A DNA stretch of 64,000 nt from Octopus sinensis (taxonomy: Eukaryota): assembly GCF_006345805.1 (NCBI RefSeq), contig NC_043013.1:2294001-2358000 (forward strand). The letters are read 5' to 3'. The notes under the pieces were generated by a model. It did no database searches, was not told the DNA's origin, and worked only from the letters and a program-made list of their open reading frames with translations. Below, in pieces: positions 36,269 through 49,411 of this stretch (its first letter is position 1; every line of letters begins with the position of its first letter). The position numbers and the translations under genes were made by a program.

Positions 36269-37761
36269 TTGTGAGGTGATAAAGTCCAACGGAGTTCATA
36301 AAAAGATCAGATTCTCGTAGAGGAGTTAATATTTTGTCATTTGTGAATCGATTTTTCAATTTTTTATCTATTAAGAAAATATTCTACATTCGCAGATAAA
36401 AATAATTTCGTTCACTTTTGCCGAACAATACCTACCTACCACAGGTATACTGCAAATGTGTGTGTGTAAGGTTTTTCATTATGACCGGTCAAAGAGTGAC
36501 ATTTTGGTTTCACACCCACAAAGCGCTTAGTTGTGTAGTCGACTTGTATACATATGTGTGTGTATCTTATTCTAGGAATAAATTAACCAGAAGGGTACAG
36601 TAATAGCTCTCTCAGATATATTCCAGGTTCCGGCTGACCACATCAACGACCGTTTAATATAACCAATTTTGCGGTAATTCTTCAGATGAATAACCAGAGA
36701 TTGGCTTCCCTGAATTATGGATATTATCAGGAATGTAAATTTCTAATATATACATATGTATGTATGAGAGCAGAAAGAGACATAAAAATCACCTATTTTC
36801 TAAATTTCCAAAACAACCAACTGAAATCAATATCAATAAAAAAGGATGTGAATTAATTTGGATTTGCATCATTATATCCCCAATCCCCGAATAAAATAAT
36901 TATATTTAACGATTTCTTTTTTCTTTCTTTTTTTTTGTGCATGAACCTTATCGACAACTATTGCTATGTGCTATAATTTCTAAAAAAATATCGATTTTTT
37001 TTTTCCTGAAGAATTCTTTTGTTTGTATGTCAGCTTCATCTGCTCTGTCTTGGCGATCATCCCCATAATACATAGGCAGTAATTATAAGTTTAAATTTTA
37101 AACGTTCTTATCATTGAGCACTACCTCATGTGAGTCGAGCTAATATTATAAAAATATTCCAGTTGTCTGTTCTAGATTCTTCCCAGTTGAGAGTAGAGCG
37201 ATATCTACTGCAGCCTCCGAAAGAACAACAGGTTGTAACTTTACTTTCTTCGTCAAAGTATACAGGCTTTCATTTCTAAACGGACACTGTTTGTCAACAC
37301 AAACACAATCTACTTTATCCCGACCCCACAGCCAATTCGTCGCGATATCTGGTTGCTGTGTCATCATCTGCCGACGGTAGGCCTGCTTGACGTTGTAATA
37401 TTCCAGGTGGTTTTCTAAAAACTATCGAATTACCCAGAACAAGGTTTCGTAAGTTTCACCTTCGGTTCTGCCTTCCTGTTTTCTGTGCATCAAGTGTACA
37501 CACTGATCACGGTGGTTAAGCGAATTCTCTCTCTTGACCCAGTGTTAAAACATACAATAACAGGAATATTCCAGCATCTAAACTTACGTATCTACACATG
37601 CGAATATACATCCATACACACACACACACTGTACAGTTAACTTACTGAGACCTCTTTTCTTTCAGTTTGTAGTACTAAGTATAATTTATCCACAGACGTG
37701 TGTGTTTACATATATTCATATGTACACACATATATATTACACACACACGTCTGTGCATATT

Positions 37762-37800
<39 letters not shown>

Positions 37801-38309
37801 TATATATGAATATATATATGCATTTATACATTATATATATAATATATATATATATATGAATATATATATGCATTATTTATATATAAAGTATAAGTGTGCA
37901 AAGTAAAGGCATACCTTTTTAATATGAATAATTATAGCCTTGCTGTGAAGGTAAATCAAAACAATGTTATCTCTTGGTTGACAGTAAAAGTAGGATTCAT
38001 ACTAGTTTCTGGTTTTCTAAAACTTTCATCAGAGAAAGAAAACCTATCGCCTCAGAGACTGATTATTAGCTTATAGCTATTTATGGAGAACAAAAACTGA
38101 GGTCGGTCCGGCTAAGCTGCTACACCAATGTTGTAAGTATACCGGTGCATGTGCTGACAACTGTTATAATTAATTAATTAATTACCAAGCATTTTCCTTT
38201 TGACAATTTTAAATGAAATCCAATGCAAGGCATACTGTGTTTCATAAACCTAACTGTAGACTTATTGTGAAAAGTAAACAAAGCATGTGTACTTGAGTGT
38301 GTGTGTCTC

Positions 38310-38341
<32 letters not shown>

Positions 38342-38344
<3 letters not shown>

Positions 38345-38578
38345 GGTGGCCCCAAAGTAGATTTACAGTTGCATCACATATGCACTTCAAATTTCCTTTA
38401 AAACATTTTATTACATTTAAATTTCTATCTTACAAACTGTAAAGGGACCTTGGCAAAATTAACTAAATTAGCATAGAATAAGGGTTTCATATTTTTTTTT
38501 ATAATTAAGATCTAAACTGTTGATATATGAATGCAAAAGATAATTGAATAACTGTAAACCTACTTTGGGGCCACCCTG
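38342..38578. mobile_element. 237-bp Tc1/mariner-type MITE in a (TA)n tract
   Basis: 29-bp TIRs CAGGGTGGCCCCAAAGTAG(A/G)TTTACAGTT, one mismatch. Confidence 0.88.
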
Positions 38579-38580
38579 TT

Positions 38581-38614
<34 letters not shown>

Positions 38615-38724
38615 GTAGAACAAACAGAACTAGAACTCAAACATGCTTTGAATGCTTTCTTCCATTATTCAGCAGAAAGTAACTCAGGGACCAGCGCTTG
38701 GGTCATTTATACATATATATATAT

Positions 38725-39345
38725 AGGTGCGGGCATGGCTGTGTGGTAAGAAGTTTGCTTCCTAACTACATCATTCCAGGTTCAGTCCCACTGCACGGCA
38801 CCTTGGGCAAGTGTCTTCTACTATAGCCTTGGGCTGACCAAAGCCTTCTGAGTAGATTTGGTAGATGGAAACTGAAAGAAGCCTGTCATATATAAGTATG
38901 TATAGGTCTTTATGTTTGTGTTTGCCTCACCACTGCTTGGTAACCAGTGTTGGTTTTTTTATGTCTCCATAACTTAGCAGTTCAGTTAAACAGATGGACA
39001 GAATAAGTACCAGGCTTTAAAAAAATAAGCACTGGAGTCAATTTGTTGCTAGCCTCGCCTGGCCCCCGTGCCGGTGGCACGTAAAAAGCACCATCCGATT
39101 GTGGCCGTTTGCCAGCCTCGTCTGGCACATAAAAAGCACCCACTACACTCACGGAGTGGTTGGCGTTAGGAAGGGCATCCAGCCGTAGAAACATTGCCAG
39201 ATCAGACTGGGCCTGGTGCAGCCTACTGGCTTCCCAGACCCCAGTTGAACTGTCCAACCCATGCTAGCATGGAAAGTGGACGCTAAACAAAGAAGAAAAT
39301 ATTCTCCAAAGCAGTATCCCAACATGGCCGCAGTCTCATGACAAA
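38725..39345 (+). mobile_element. Family A SINE interrupted near its tail by a family C element (about 39050-39290)
   Basis: Family A tail resumes at about 39305 (cccaacatggccgcagtc) after the family C sequence. Confidence 0.7.
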
Positions 39346-39763
39346 AACAAATATATATACATATATGCATATGTATGTATGTATGTAGGATTGGATAGAT
39401 GGAATATATCTTGTATAGATCTAGAAAGACCATAGTTGAAATGTGGACTCAATATGCAATTATGTAGAGTAGGGTTTACTTTATCTTGATAGTGAGAGGC
39501 CATGTGGAGAGCTTGTCCATTTCATGTGTCCGGATGATTGATTAACCACCCTTGAGTTACCTGTGCTCCTCATATATTTTGTATATGTGTGTGTGTGTGC
39601 GTGCAAGCATGTATGTATGGTAATGGTATTTTCATTATGGTTAATTTTGCACACCATTGCAGGAATGTGAATGTAGTGTGTAAATCTGTGAGTACGTAAT
39701 AGTATGTCAAATTAACCTTTATGGAAATAAGACATTATACTAATATGAATCTGGTAAACACTT

Positions 39764-39800
<37 letters not shown>

Positions 39801-40439
39801 ATAGTGAGGCACATGCAGTTACAAGTTGCTTTTGAGGATCCAAGTCTGGTTGGTGTCTGATCTTGATCTGTGAAATGGACAACCTCTCCACACTGCTTCC
39901 CACTATCAAAAAAAAATATATCTATACACACACCTATATATCTATACACATACACACACACACAACTTTTGATATCTGATGAGATGGATGCATCCATGAA
40001 ACTTTCATGGAGCTGAGTCAAACTGTTACTAAAAATATATACGACACAGACAGACAGATATCCATTCATGCAAACTTTTAATGATCAAATGATTTAGGGT
40101 ACCGGCCCATCATCAACTGATTCCTTGATCATATCTCAACACAGGTGCTATAGTACTACGCTCTGAGCAAGACACTCAACGTTCCCTACCCAACATATCT
40201 AACAATACTTGCAGTGAGAAGCAAGCCTGTAGCACATGCAAGATGACAATGGTGTAAAGACATGTAAGAGTGTTATAAAGGCGGCATATTAGGTTTATTG
40301 TGGCTTTACATTTCTTGAGGGGGGGTCATATTGAACAGCAGTGAGGGAAGGGCAATATACAACAAGTGTGTTTCATGAATTTTTTTTCCTTTTTTCTTTT
40401 TTTGGATGACATTCAGTGAAGAGGAAATATGTGAACCTT

Positions 40440-41340
40440 CCATTTTTGTGGTGGCATTGACTACAATAGGTGGTGTTTGATAGAGACTACAATATGTGAT
40501 TTTATTTAATGATGACAATGATGATGACGATCATGATGATGATCATGATGATATAGGTTTGTTATAAGGTGACTTGAGTGAGGGTGGTGATATTGTGTGG
40601 AATAACTGAAAAACATTGTCGCTAAAGACTTTAGACTATAATAAGTATGTTTGTATGGTAGAAGTTATACTAGGTACAATCACATTTGGTGTTTCTTCTG
40701 GACAGCAACTAAACAATAGGTAAACATAGTGACACTCACTAGAGAATAAGTGAAGTTTCTTTGATGATGTTTGTTGGTGGTTAGGACTACAATAGGTAAA
40801 AATTGTTTGATGGTTTTATGGTGATATTGACTAGAATATAAGAGTTTCTTTGGTGATATATGATGATTTTTTTTTTGACTAGAATAGAATTTGTTTTGTA
40901 GTCATTTGACTAGAACAAGTACAAGTTGTTTGATGGTGATTTATGGCAATATGGAATTGAATATAAGAATTTGATAGAGATTTTTTTACTAGAGTACATA
41001 TGTTTTCATTTGACAATGATACTGAGTACAATTTTAATATTCCATCCAGGTATTATTGTAACAGTGAATAGACAAGTTTCTCGATGATAACAACTAAAAT
41101 ACATGAACTTGATGATGATAACGTTGACTAGAATAAATTGTTTTGATGGACATATTGACTAGAATAATTGAGAATGTTTGATAAAATGTGATCGCGATGG
41201 AACTGACTAGAATCAGAGATGGTTTTTATGGTGTATATATAACACAGTTATTGACGAGAACAGGCAAAATTTGCTTCATGAAGACATTTCATTATACCAA
41301 CTGTTTTCATTGGTTGATATCAAACTAGAATAAAAAGCTA
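40440..41340. repeat. Degenerate minisatellite with core TTGACTAGAATA
   Basis: About 15 variant cores (gactacaata, gactataata, gactagaata, gactagaaca) spaced roughly 40-60 bp apart. Confidence 0.6.
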
Positions 41341-41431
41341 CAAGTCTAATTAAAATGCAAACTGGAATGCAAATATGCAAGTGGAGAATTCTTTCAGAAT
41401 TATTGGTGAAGCGACTTACATTAGCAGCTAG

Positions 41432-41471
<40 letters not shown>

Positions 41472-42083
41472 ACTGTGTGTGTATATGCATGCATGTGTGT
41501 GTGTGTGTGTGCAACTGTCATACAGTGAACTTGTATGTATGAATATATCTGTTTATGCGTATATATATATATATATATATATATATGCATTTATATATAC
41601 ATATATATACACACACACACATATCTATATAAATATATGTGAATGCATATATACACACATATATATATATATGTATACACACATACATATATAAAACAAA
41701 AACAAAGAAACAATTATTTTCTAACATTTTTTCTTTTATGTTGCTGTAAAATACACCAATTGGCAAAATAGGAAATGATAATTAATAATAATAATAATAG
41801 TAATAATAATAATGATAATAATAATAATAATGATAATAATAACAAGAAAATAAACATACTTTTAAGTTCATAAAAACAAATATTTAGTTGGGTTTTTGTA
41901 TTTTTTTTGTCTTCTGCTCATTTTTTTTTTGTTTTGTTTGGTTAAAAACTGCACTATTTGCCCTCATTTTTGGAGTGGTTTTAGGGGGGATAGTTTTTTT
42001 CCAAGACTTTTAGCACCACATTGATAAATTTTGAACCAATATGTATAATATGTATACGTATGTGTGTGTGCATATATGTATGC

Positions 42084-42118
<35 letters not shown>

Positions 42119-42211
42119 TAGATAGATATATATACAAATATATAAACAGATATAATATACATATATCACATAAAATAACAGACACCATCTATGTGTCTTT
42201 GTACATTTAAG

Positions 42212-42251
<40 letters not shown>

Positions 42252-42672
42252 GTAGATAGATAGATATAGATATATACACACATATAGAAAATACATGCAC
42301 ATTAATATATAGGTAATAATAACAGAATTATAATGGGTTTTAGACCATCAGTATTCCAAGTTTCATGTTACTGCTCTTTGATGGTCTCTAGTCATACCAA
42401 AAAGTGGTAACACAAGGAACAGTCTCAGATTAACAGCAGTGCAAAACCTCAGTTTTCCTTGCTATTATTATTATCATTATTATTAACTCTATATATTATG
42501 TAGGTCTTTTATATATGTGTATATATATATATATATATATAGAAAGAGAGAGAGATACACATGAGCATATATTTATATAAATATGCACACACACACATAT
42601 ACATATATATAAAGTGTGTATCTATGTGTGTGCACATATATATTTCACACTCACACATACACATTTTACATT

Positions 42673-42719
<47 letters not shown>

Positions 42720-44541
42720 GTGATTGTATATGAGTTTGTATATCTGTATGCATGCACACACACACACACAGTGTATACATATATGTATATACATACATAT
42801 ATATAAAATAAAAAACATATACAGCTGTACAGAGCAAAAAAAAAACTAACAACAGTGTAAAAGTGCCTCAGCGTGGCACTGTCAAAATTTTCACCACTCG
42901 AAATACACTTCAACTTTTGCCTTGCCCACCCCTGAAAAGAAATTTTTTAAAAATTAAATTAAAAAAAAAAAAAATTAAATTGTAAATTCCAACAGAGTCA
43001 AAGCTGTTTACTGAACAATTGTGACCTCCCAACCCAGCATAAATAATAATAAAAAAAAAAAAACGAAAAAAAACAAGGAACATGCACTTACAGATCTCAG
43101 ACTGAATCTAAAGTCAATTATTACCAATATTTGTTCTCATTTGTTAAGTTTTGAGTCGTAAGAAATCTTCACTACTCTCAACTTCAGAATGTTTTGGTGC
43201 ATGAAAACAAATTTTGGTAATTCTCACAACAAAGAGGAAAAAAGTAACAGAAACAATTATTCCCAAGAAACTCTGTGGCTTAGCAGCAATTTTGGTACAA
43301 ATTAGTTTTGGGAGGGGATTGTTTTTTTTTTTGCTTGTTTTTTTTTTTTTTTGTTTTGTTTTTTTTTTTTTGAAATTTCGTTTTTTTGTCAGGGCTTGTC
43401 TTATTTTTTTTTTCCATCACCTTCCCCACTTTTGGTTTATTTGTGTTTCTCGTATCTTTTCATATCAATTTTTTTGTTTTGTTTTTATATTTCTTTTTCA
43501 TCTTTGCCTTTCTTCTTGTGACCATCAATGTTATTATTTATGAGGAATTTTCCGTATTATCTAAAAATCTTCCTTCTCCAAATATTTGAAGAATTTCAAA
43601 GAGTAAGGAATAAATGTTCTGACAAAAACTAATGCACTGCTATGCCTGTCGTGAAGCACCAGCACGCAGTTGTCGTTGCAATGAGACAGTAAAATTTGGA
43701 AGAAGGAGAAAAAAAAAATAGAAACATAATCGGAGTCTCAATTATTTCATTGTTCTTCTTTCCTTCCTTTTCTTCGTTCTTGTTTCATTCTTTTCTCATT
43801 CTCTCTCTCTCTCTCTCTTCCATATACACACACATTCTCTCTCTGATTTACTAACTCCTTCAATATGTATATACATATCTATATATATAATCATTTCTTT
43901 CTTTTTCTTTCATGAGGTTTCAATCACAAAATAACAATTATAAACAAGAACAAAATGTGTAAAAGACCAACAAAAAAAAAACTGGCATAAAGGTGTGTGT
44001 GTGGGTGAGGAATGCACAAGTTATTTTCAAGTCCGTTTAGTAATTGTGCATTCTTATTTGATTTCTTCTCTTCAAAGGGTCAAACCTGACCCTTATTATT
44101 GTTATATCACCTATATCTCAGTTTATTTCATTTTCTGTCTTTCTTTTTACAAATAGTTTTTTCTGTCTTTTTAAGTCATTTACCTCATCTCTTCATTTGC
44201 ATTTTATCTTCTTTTTTTTCTTAATTTCATTTCATACTGATAAATACTTTTTTTTTTTTACACTTCTTTCTCTTTTCGTTTTCTTCCCCCCGCCCCCAAC
44301 AATATTACAAATACTGAAGTGGGGTGGGAGTTATAAGAAAAAAAAAATGTGTAGGAATATGAGAAAGAACCAATCAACTTTCTTTGAAGATTTCTCAGGT
44401 GTGAGGGAGTCAGTCATATGAATAACAATAACAGCAATAACAAAAGAAACAATAACAACAGTAATTACAATAATAATAATGATGATGATGATGATGATGA
44501 TGATGCAGTTGATAAATATAAAATGTATTTACTTGTGTGTT

Positions 44542-44583
<42 letters not shown>

Positions 44584-44683
44584 ATATACACATACATATG
44601 TGTGTGTTTATAAATCTATATGAATTCAAAGGTGTCATTTTGATGGTAAATTTGATATGCTATCAGCTATATGTAATTTTATT

Positions 44684-44717
<34 letters not shown>

Positions 44718-44865
44718 ATATATATACACATATATACATACAAGCACATTATGTCCAAGTAATTAATATGTATGTATGTATGTATGGTGTAAGAATGTGG
44801 TTATCTTATGTTTTTCTGCAAAAATAAAGGGTGTGTTGTAGGGAGTCTTGTGTAACAGAGGTGTT

Positions 44866-44910
<45 letters not shown>

Positions 44911-45195
44911 GTATGTATACATATATATATATATATGTATGTATGTATACATATATATATATATATGTATGTATGTATACATATATATATATTATATATA
45001 TATGTATGTATACATATATTATATATATATATATGTATGTATACATATATTATATATATATATGTATGTATGTATATATATATATATAATGATTAGTACC
45101 TGTTGTCACAGCCATACTATCCTGGTGTCCAAATCCTTGACACTGAGAACTAAGTATGGAAGTAACTAGGAGCAATTATCATGTATATATATATT

Positions 45196-45227
<32 letters not shown>

Positions 45228-47793
45228 AAAATATATATATGTGTGTGTACACAAATTTATGTATATTTTTAGTAATATTTAGCAGAGGCAATGCAGTGAG
45301 TCAAGGGCTGAGAGTTCTGTTTGTGCATTGGCACTCTCTTGGCCCTTGAGTCACTCTGTTGCTTCTTTCCTGTGGGCATGTATATATATATGTATGTATG
45401 TGTGTGTGTAGATAGATAGATAGATAGCTATAGATGTCTGAATGCGTGTGTGTGTGTGTGTGTGTGTGTGCAATATAATGCCATAAATACATTTTGTGAT
45501 CAACATATCAGCCAACCTACACACACACACACACACACATGTATCACTTATAAACCAATATAAACCCTCACACTCCAACATATACACAAGCATACACACA
45601 CACACACCACACATGATGCGTGTGTGTGTGTGTGTGCACAACACAGGATATTCAGATGCACACCATGGCAAAGCATTAAGAGGTTTTAGGGGACTTTTGA
45701 TTTTTTTCTTTGTTTTTTTTTCTTTTTCTGTCGACCAATCAATATTGGTTGAAAATAATAACAAATGCTATAACGAACAAGTAATTATCATTCATCAGGA
45801 AATCAAAGTTTTTGTTTTTACTTTTATGTAACTTAATACTTTCACATTTTGCTTTTCATGTTTTGGGGTTTCTTTTCTTTTTTTTTTTTTGGTCATTTGT
45901 TCTTGCTTAACCCAGCTCAGCTCTACTTGAACAAGCCTACAATAACCAATGGCATTCCAGCTGTGACGATCCCATCTGTTCTTTTTCTGTTAGACAGTAG
46001 GCTGTGATTTGAAGGAGATATATGGCTGCTATTTTTATCAGGTCGAGCAATATATACGGAGAGGTTCCCACAGCAGTTGTTAAAAGTGGAGGGGTTGGAA
46101 GGTGAATAATTTTTCTCTTTATATTTATGTATTTATATTTAATTATATTTTTATAGCATTTAATTTTATATATTTCTTTTAATTTTATCATTTTCAGAAG
46201 AAATTTTTTTTTAAAATTAAGTATTGATTTGTTAATTAGGCACAAAGCCTAAAGATTTAGAAGTAGAGAGATACAAAGAGGAAAAGAAGTAATGACAATA
46301 AAGATGATAATGAAGATGATGATGATGATGTATGAAAGTGGAAAGTTGTGATATTAATGCCTTTTCCAAACGGGCAATAGCAGCGTACATAAAGTGACAT
46401 GAAATGGCTTCAAAGCAAGAATGAAAGCCAAAAAATTACAAACCTATTTCACCGGAAGCTTACTACAACCCTACATCACTCAGACTTCATTTTCAGATCT
46501 GATCACCACTTGCTTTTGTTTCTTCCTTCATTTCAATATATTTTTTACTGAGGTGATGCTGGTGTGCAACCTCTTCTAGAGTAAAGTGGACGACATCAAC
46601 CCAACCTAACCCCCTTATAGTACAGTGATGTTATTTTCTTTAGACTGGTACATTTTATTAGATACGCATGAAATGTTAAAATATAAAGACTGGAAATGAG
46701 AATTGCTGACACTTATGCATTCCTTTGCGGATTCTGGATAGAAAGAGGGAAATGGGTTGCAGATAAAGTCAACTTTAAAATGAGACGTGAATAGTGATTG
46801 TTGACAATAAGCCTGATGTTACACACTATGCTGATTTTATGTGTGTGCATCTGTTACATCAAGCTGACGCTCAGTGCAACACTGCATCGAGTCGCTCATC
46901 TACTGCAACACCAATCACCAATGTCTGCAACCATTATCATACAATCTGCTTCATCATGCTTGGCAGCTGCAATGTGTGCAATTTTTGGAAAGATTCGGGG
47001 CGGGGGCGGTATCTGCTGCATATTTACCATTCTGAAAGTGGTTTTTTTTTTTTTCCTTTTCTTTGGTGTTGTTGTTGTTGTTGCTGTTGTTCACAGTGGT
47101 AATGATGGTATTGTAGTTGTTGATATTGACGAGTATTTTCACTGTATGGTTGTTCATTTACGGAGCAGTTTTACTTTCACTTGTGATGTGATGACGGTGG
47201 GTGGGTGGGTGGAGGAGCTGGGAGGATTATCAGACGAGTAAGATGAAATTGACATTTCATGACAGCAATAATGGTCTCTTACATTATTAGAACAAGGAAA
47301 TAATAATAATAATAACCAGTTGGATCCAATCTAGAATGCAACTGGAACAGATTTCCTAGAATATGTCCACTTCAATGAGATTTCATTTCAAAATGTGTAA
47401 AGAATCCACTACTTTTTCACTCAAAATAATTAATAATAATCTTTTCTATTATTGGCACAAGGCCTGAAATTAGGGCAGAGTTAACCCAGGTGGAATTTGA
47501 ACTCAAAATGTAGAGAGCCAGAAGAAAAGCAGCAAACCATTTTGTCCGATATGCTAATGAATCTGCCAACTTGCCACTTTATTAGATTGTTCCAAATTTA
47601 GGCACAAGGCCAGCAATTGAGGAGGGAGTAGCTGATTACATGAATCCCAGAGCTTGGCTGGTACTTTCTTTCATCAATGCCAAAAAGAAGGAAAGGCAAA
47701 GTTGGCATCAAGCAGTATTTGAACTTCAAGAACCAGAACAAAATAACACCAAGCATTTTGTCTGACAAACTAATGATTCCGACAGTCTGCTGC

Positions 47794-48043
47794 AGTAGTA
47801 GTAGTAGTAGTAGTAGTAAGTTAATTTTTTGGCTCAAAAAGCAAAAAGCAAGGCCATGTAGGGGACATGGAGTTATGTACAGGGTGGTGTTCATGCAAAG
47901 AGTTCAGGCCATTTGTGGTCAAGGGAGACTTTGAACCGAGCGGTCGTCGGCATCTTCACTATCTCGTCCGGCAGCTTATTCCACGGATCCGCAACCCGGA
48001 CGGAGAAAGCCCCTCTCCTTCGATTGAGATGAAATCGTTGCAG
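47794..48043 (-). mobile_element. 5'-truncated CR1 LINE 3' end with (ACT)n tail
   Basis: LQRFHLNRRRGAFSVRVADPWNKLPDEIVKMPTTARFKVSLDHKWPELFA* (48043-47891), short 3' UTR, then ACT repeats. Confidence 0.88.
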
Positions 48044-48126
48044 ATAGAGCTTTTAATCCTTTCTACTAAGGGCACAATGCCTGAAATTTTGTGGGCGGGA
48101 ACTAGTTGATTGCATCAACCCCAGCG

Positions 48127-48198
48127 TTAATCTATTGCCCCTGCCCCCACTTAAACTATTGCCCCTGCCCCCACTTAAACTATTGCCCCTGCCCCCAC
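48127..48198. repeat. Three tandem 24-bp units inside a family B SINE
   Basis: ttaa(t/a)ctattgcccctgcccccac x3. Confidence 0.9.
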
Positions 48199-48322
48199 TT
48201 AATTTATTGACCCTGAAAGGATGAAAGGCAAAGTGAACCTTGGTAGTATTTGAACATGAAGACAGATGAAATGTTGCTGAGTATTTTGCTCAGCTTGCTA
48301 ACGATTCTGCCAGCCCGTCACC

Positions 48323-48361
<39 letters not shown>

Positions 48362-48783
48362 TTTCCAGCTGAGGGTCAAAGGAAGCTATTTTGAAGGGAT
48401 GCATTTGGTTGATAACATTGATCTATTGATCTCAAAAGGATGAAAGGGTAAAGCTGGTCACATCAGGCCTCAAACTTGATGTCGGGATGGGGTGGGTGTT
48501 GTCAAGTAATTAGTCAATTTAATTAACCCCCACCCCAGTATTAATCTCCTACTTTATTGTACTGACTCCTGAAAGATGCAGGCAAAGTTAATACTAACAA
48601 TTCCACCAGTTTATTAACAATAACTATAGTAGTAGTAGTAGTAGTAGAAGCTGTCAGATTTTTAAAAAATGAATTTCATTGAGAGGGAGAGGAGAAAAGG
48701 AGTTCAAAATGTGTTAAAATATAGGAATTGGATACTCGCCTGTTTTAATTTTTTGCGACTTATGTACATGAATGTATATGTAA

Positions 48784-48816
<33 letters not shown>

Positions 48817-49362
48817 CATAACACACAAGAAATCTTTGAGGTTCAACAACAACTGGAATATGTCATGGTGTGTGAGTGTATTTATGTCAAAGTGTATACA
48901 TAATATAATGTGTGTGTGTGTGTGTGTACAATAAATATTTGTCAATTCGTAAAACAATATATTTCTAAAATTACTGGCCTTGAACTTGTTTTTGTTTTCA
49001 TATAAACATATATTACATATAAGCATATATATTGTTACACACACACACATACACACATATGTGTGTATATGTACGCACAGACACACACACACACATGTTT
49101 TAGTAGCGTTGGTTCAAAGTGGGTTAAAAATGTATTTGTAGAATCAAAAAGTGTCTGGAATTCTTGCAGGAACCTGAAGTAGGGGGTGCGAGTTAGAGGA
49201 AGATGCTGGAATATATAATGATGACCACGATGATGGCAATGACTATACATAAGCCAAGATATAAGGTTCAAAGTTCAAAACCCCAGGTGAGGATGGACAG
49301 GTGTGGTGACATTGATGCCTTTCCCAAAAGTATTAGCCACATCATACTTGGTTTGGCCCATT

Positions 49363-49411
<49 letters not shown>

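Noticed and set aside
43632-43721. 29-aa Cys-rich micro-ORF MHCYACREAPARSCRC...
   Set aside because: Too short, with no splice or homology support; chance occurrence is likely
46798-47241. 147-aa plus-strand ORF
   Set aside because: Spans T-runs and GTT repeats, no recognisable domain, no convincing splice context
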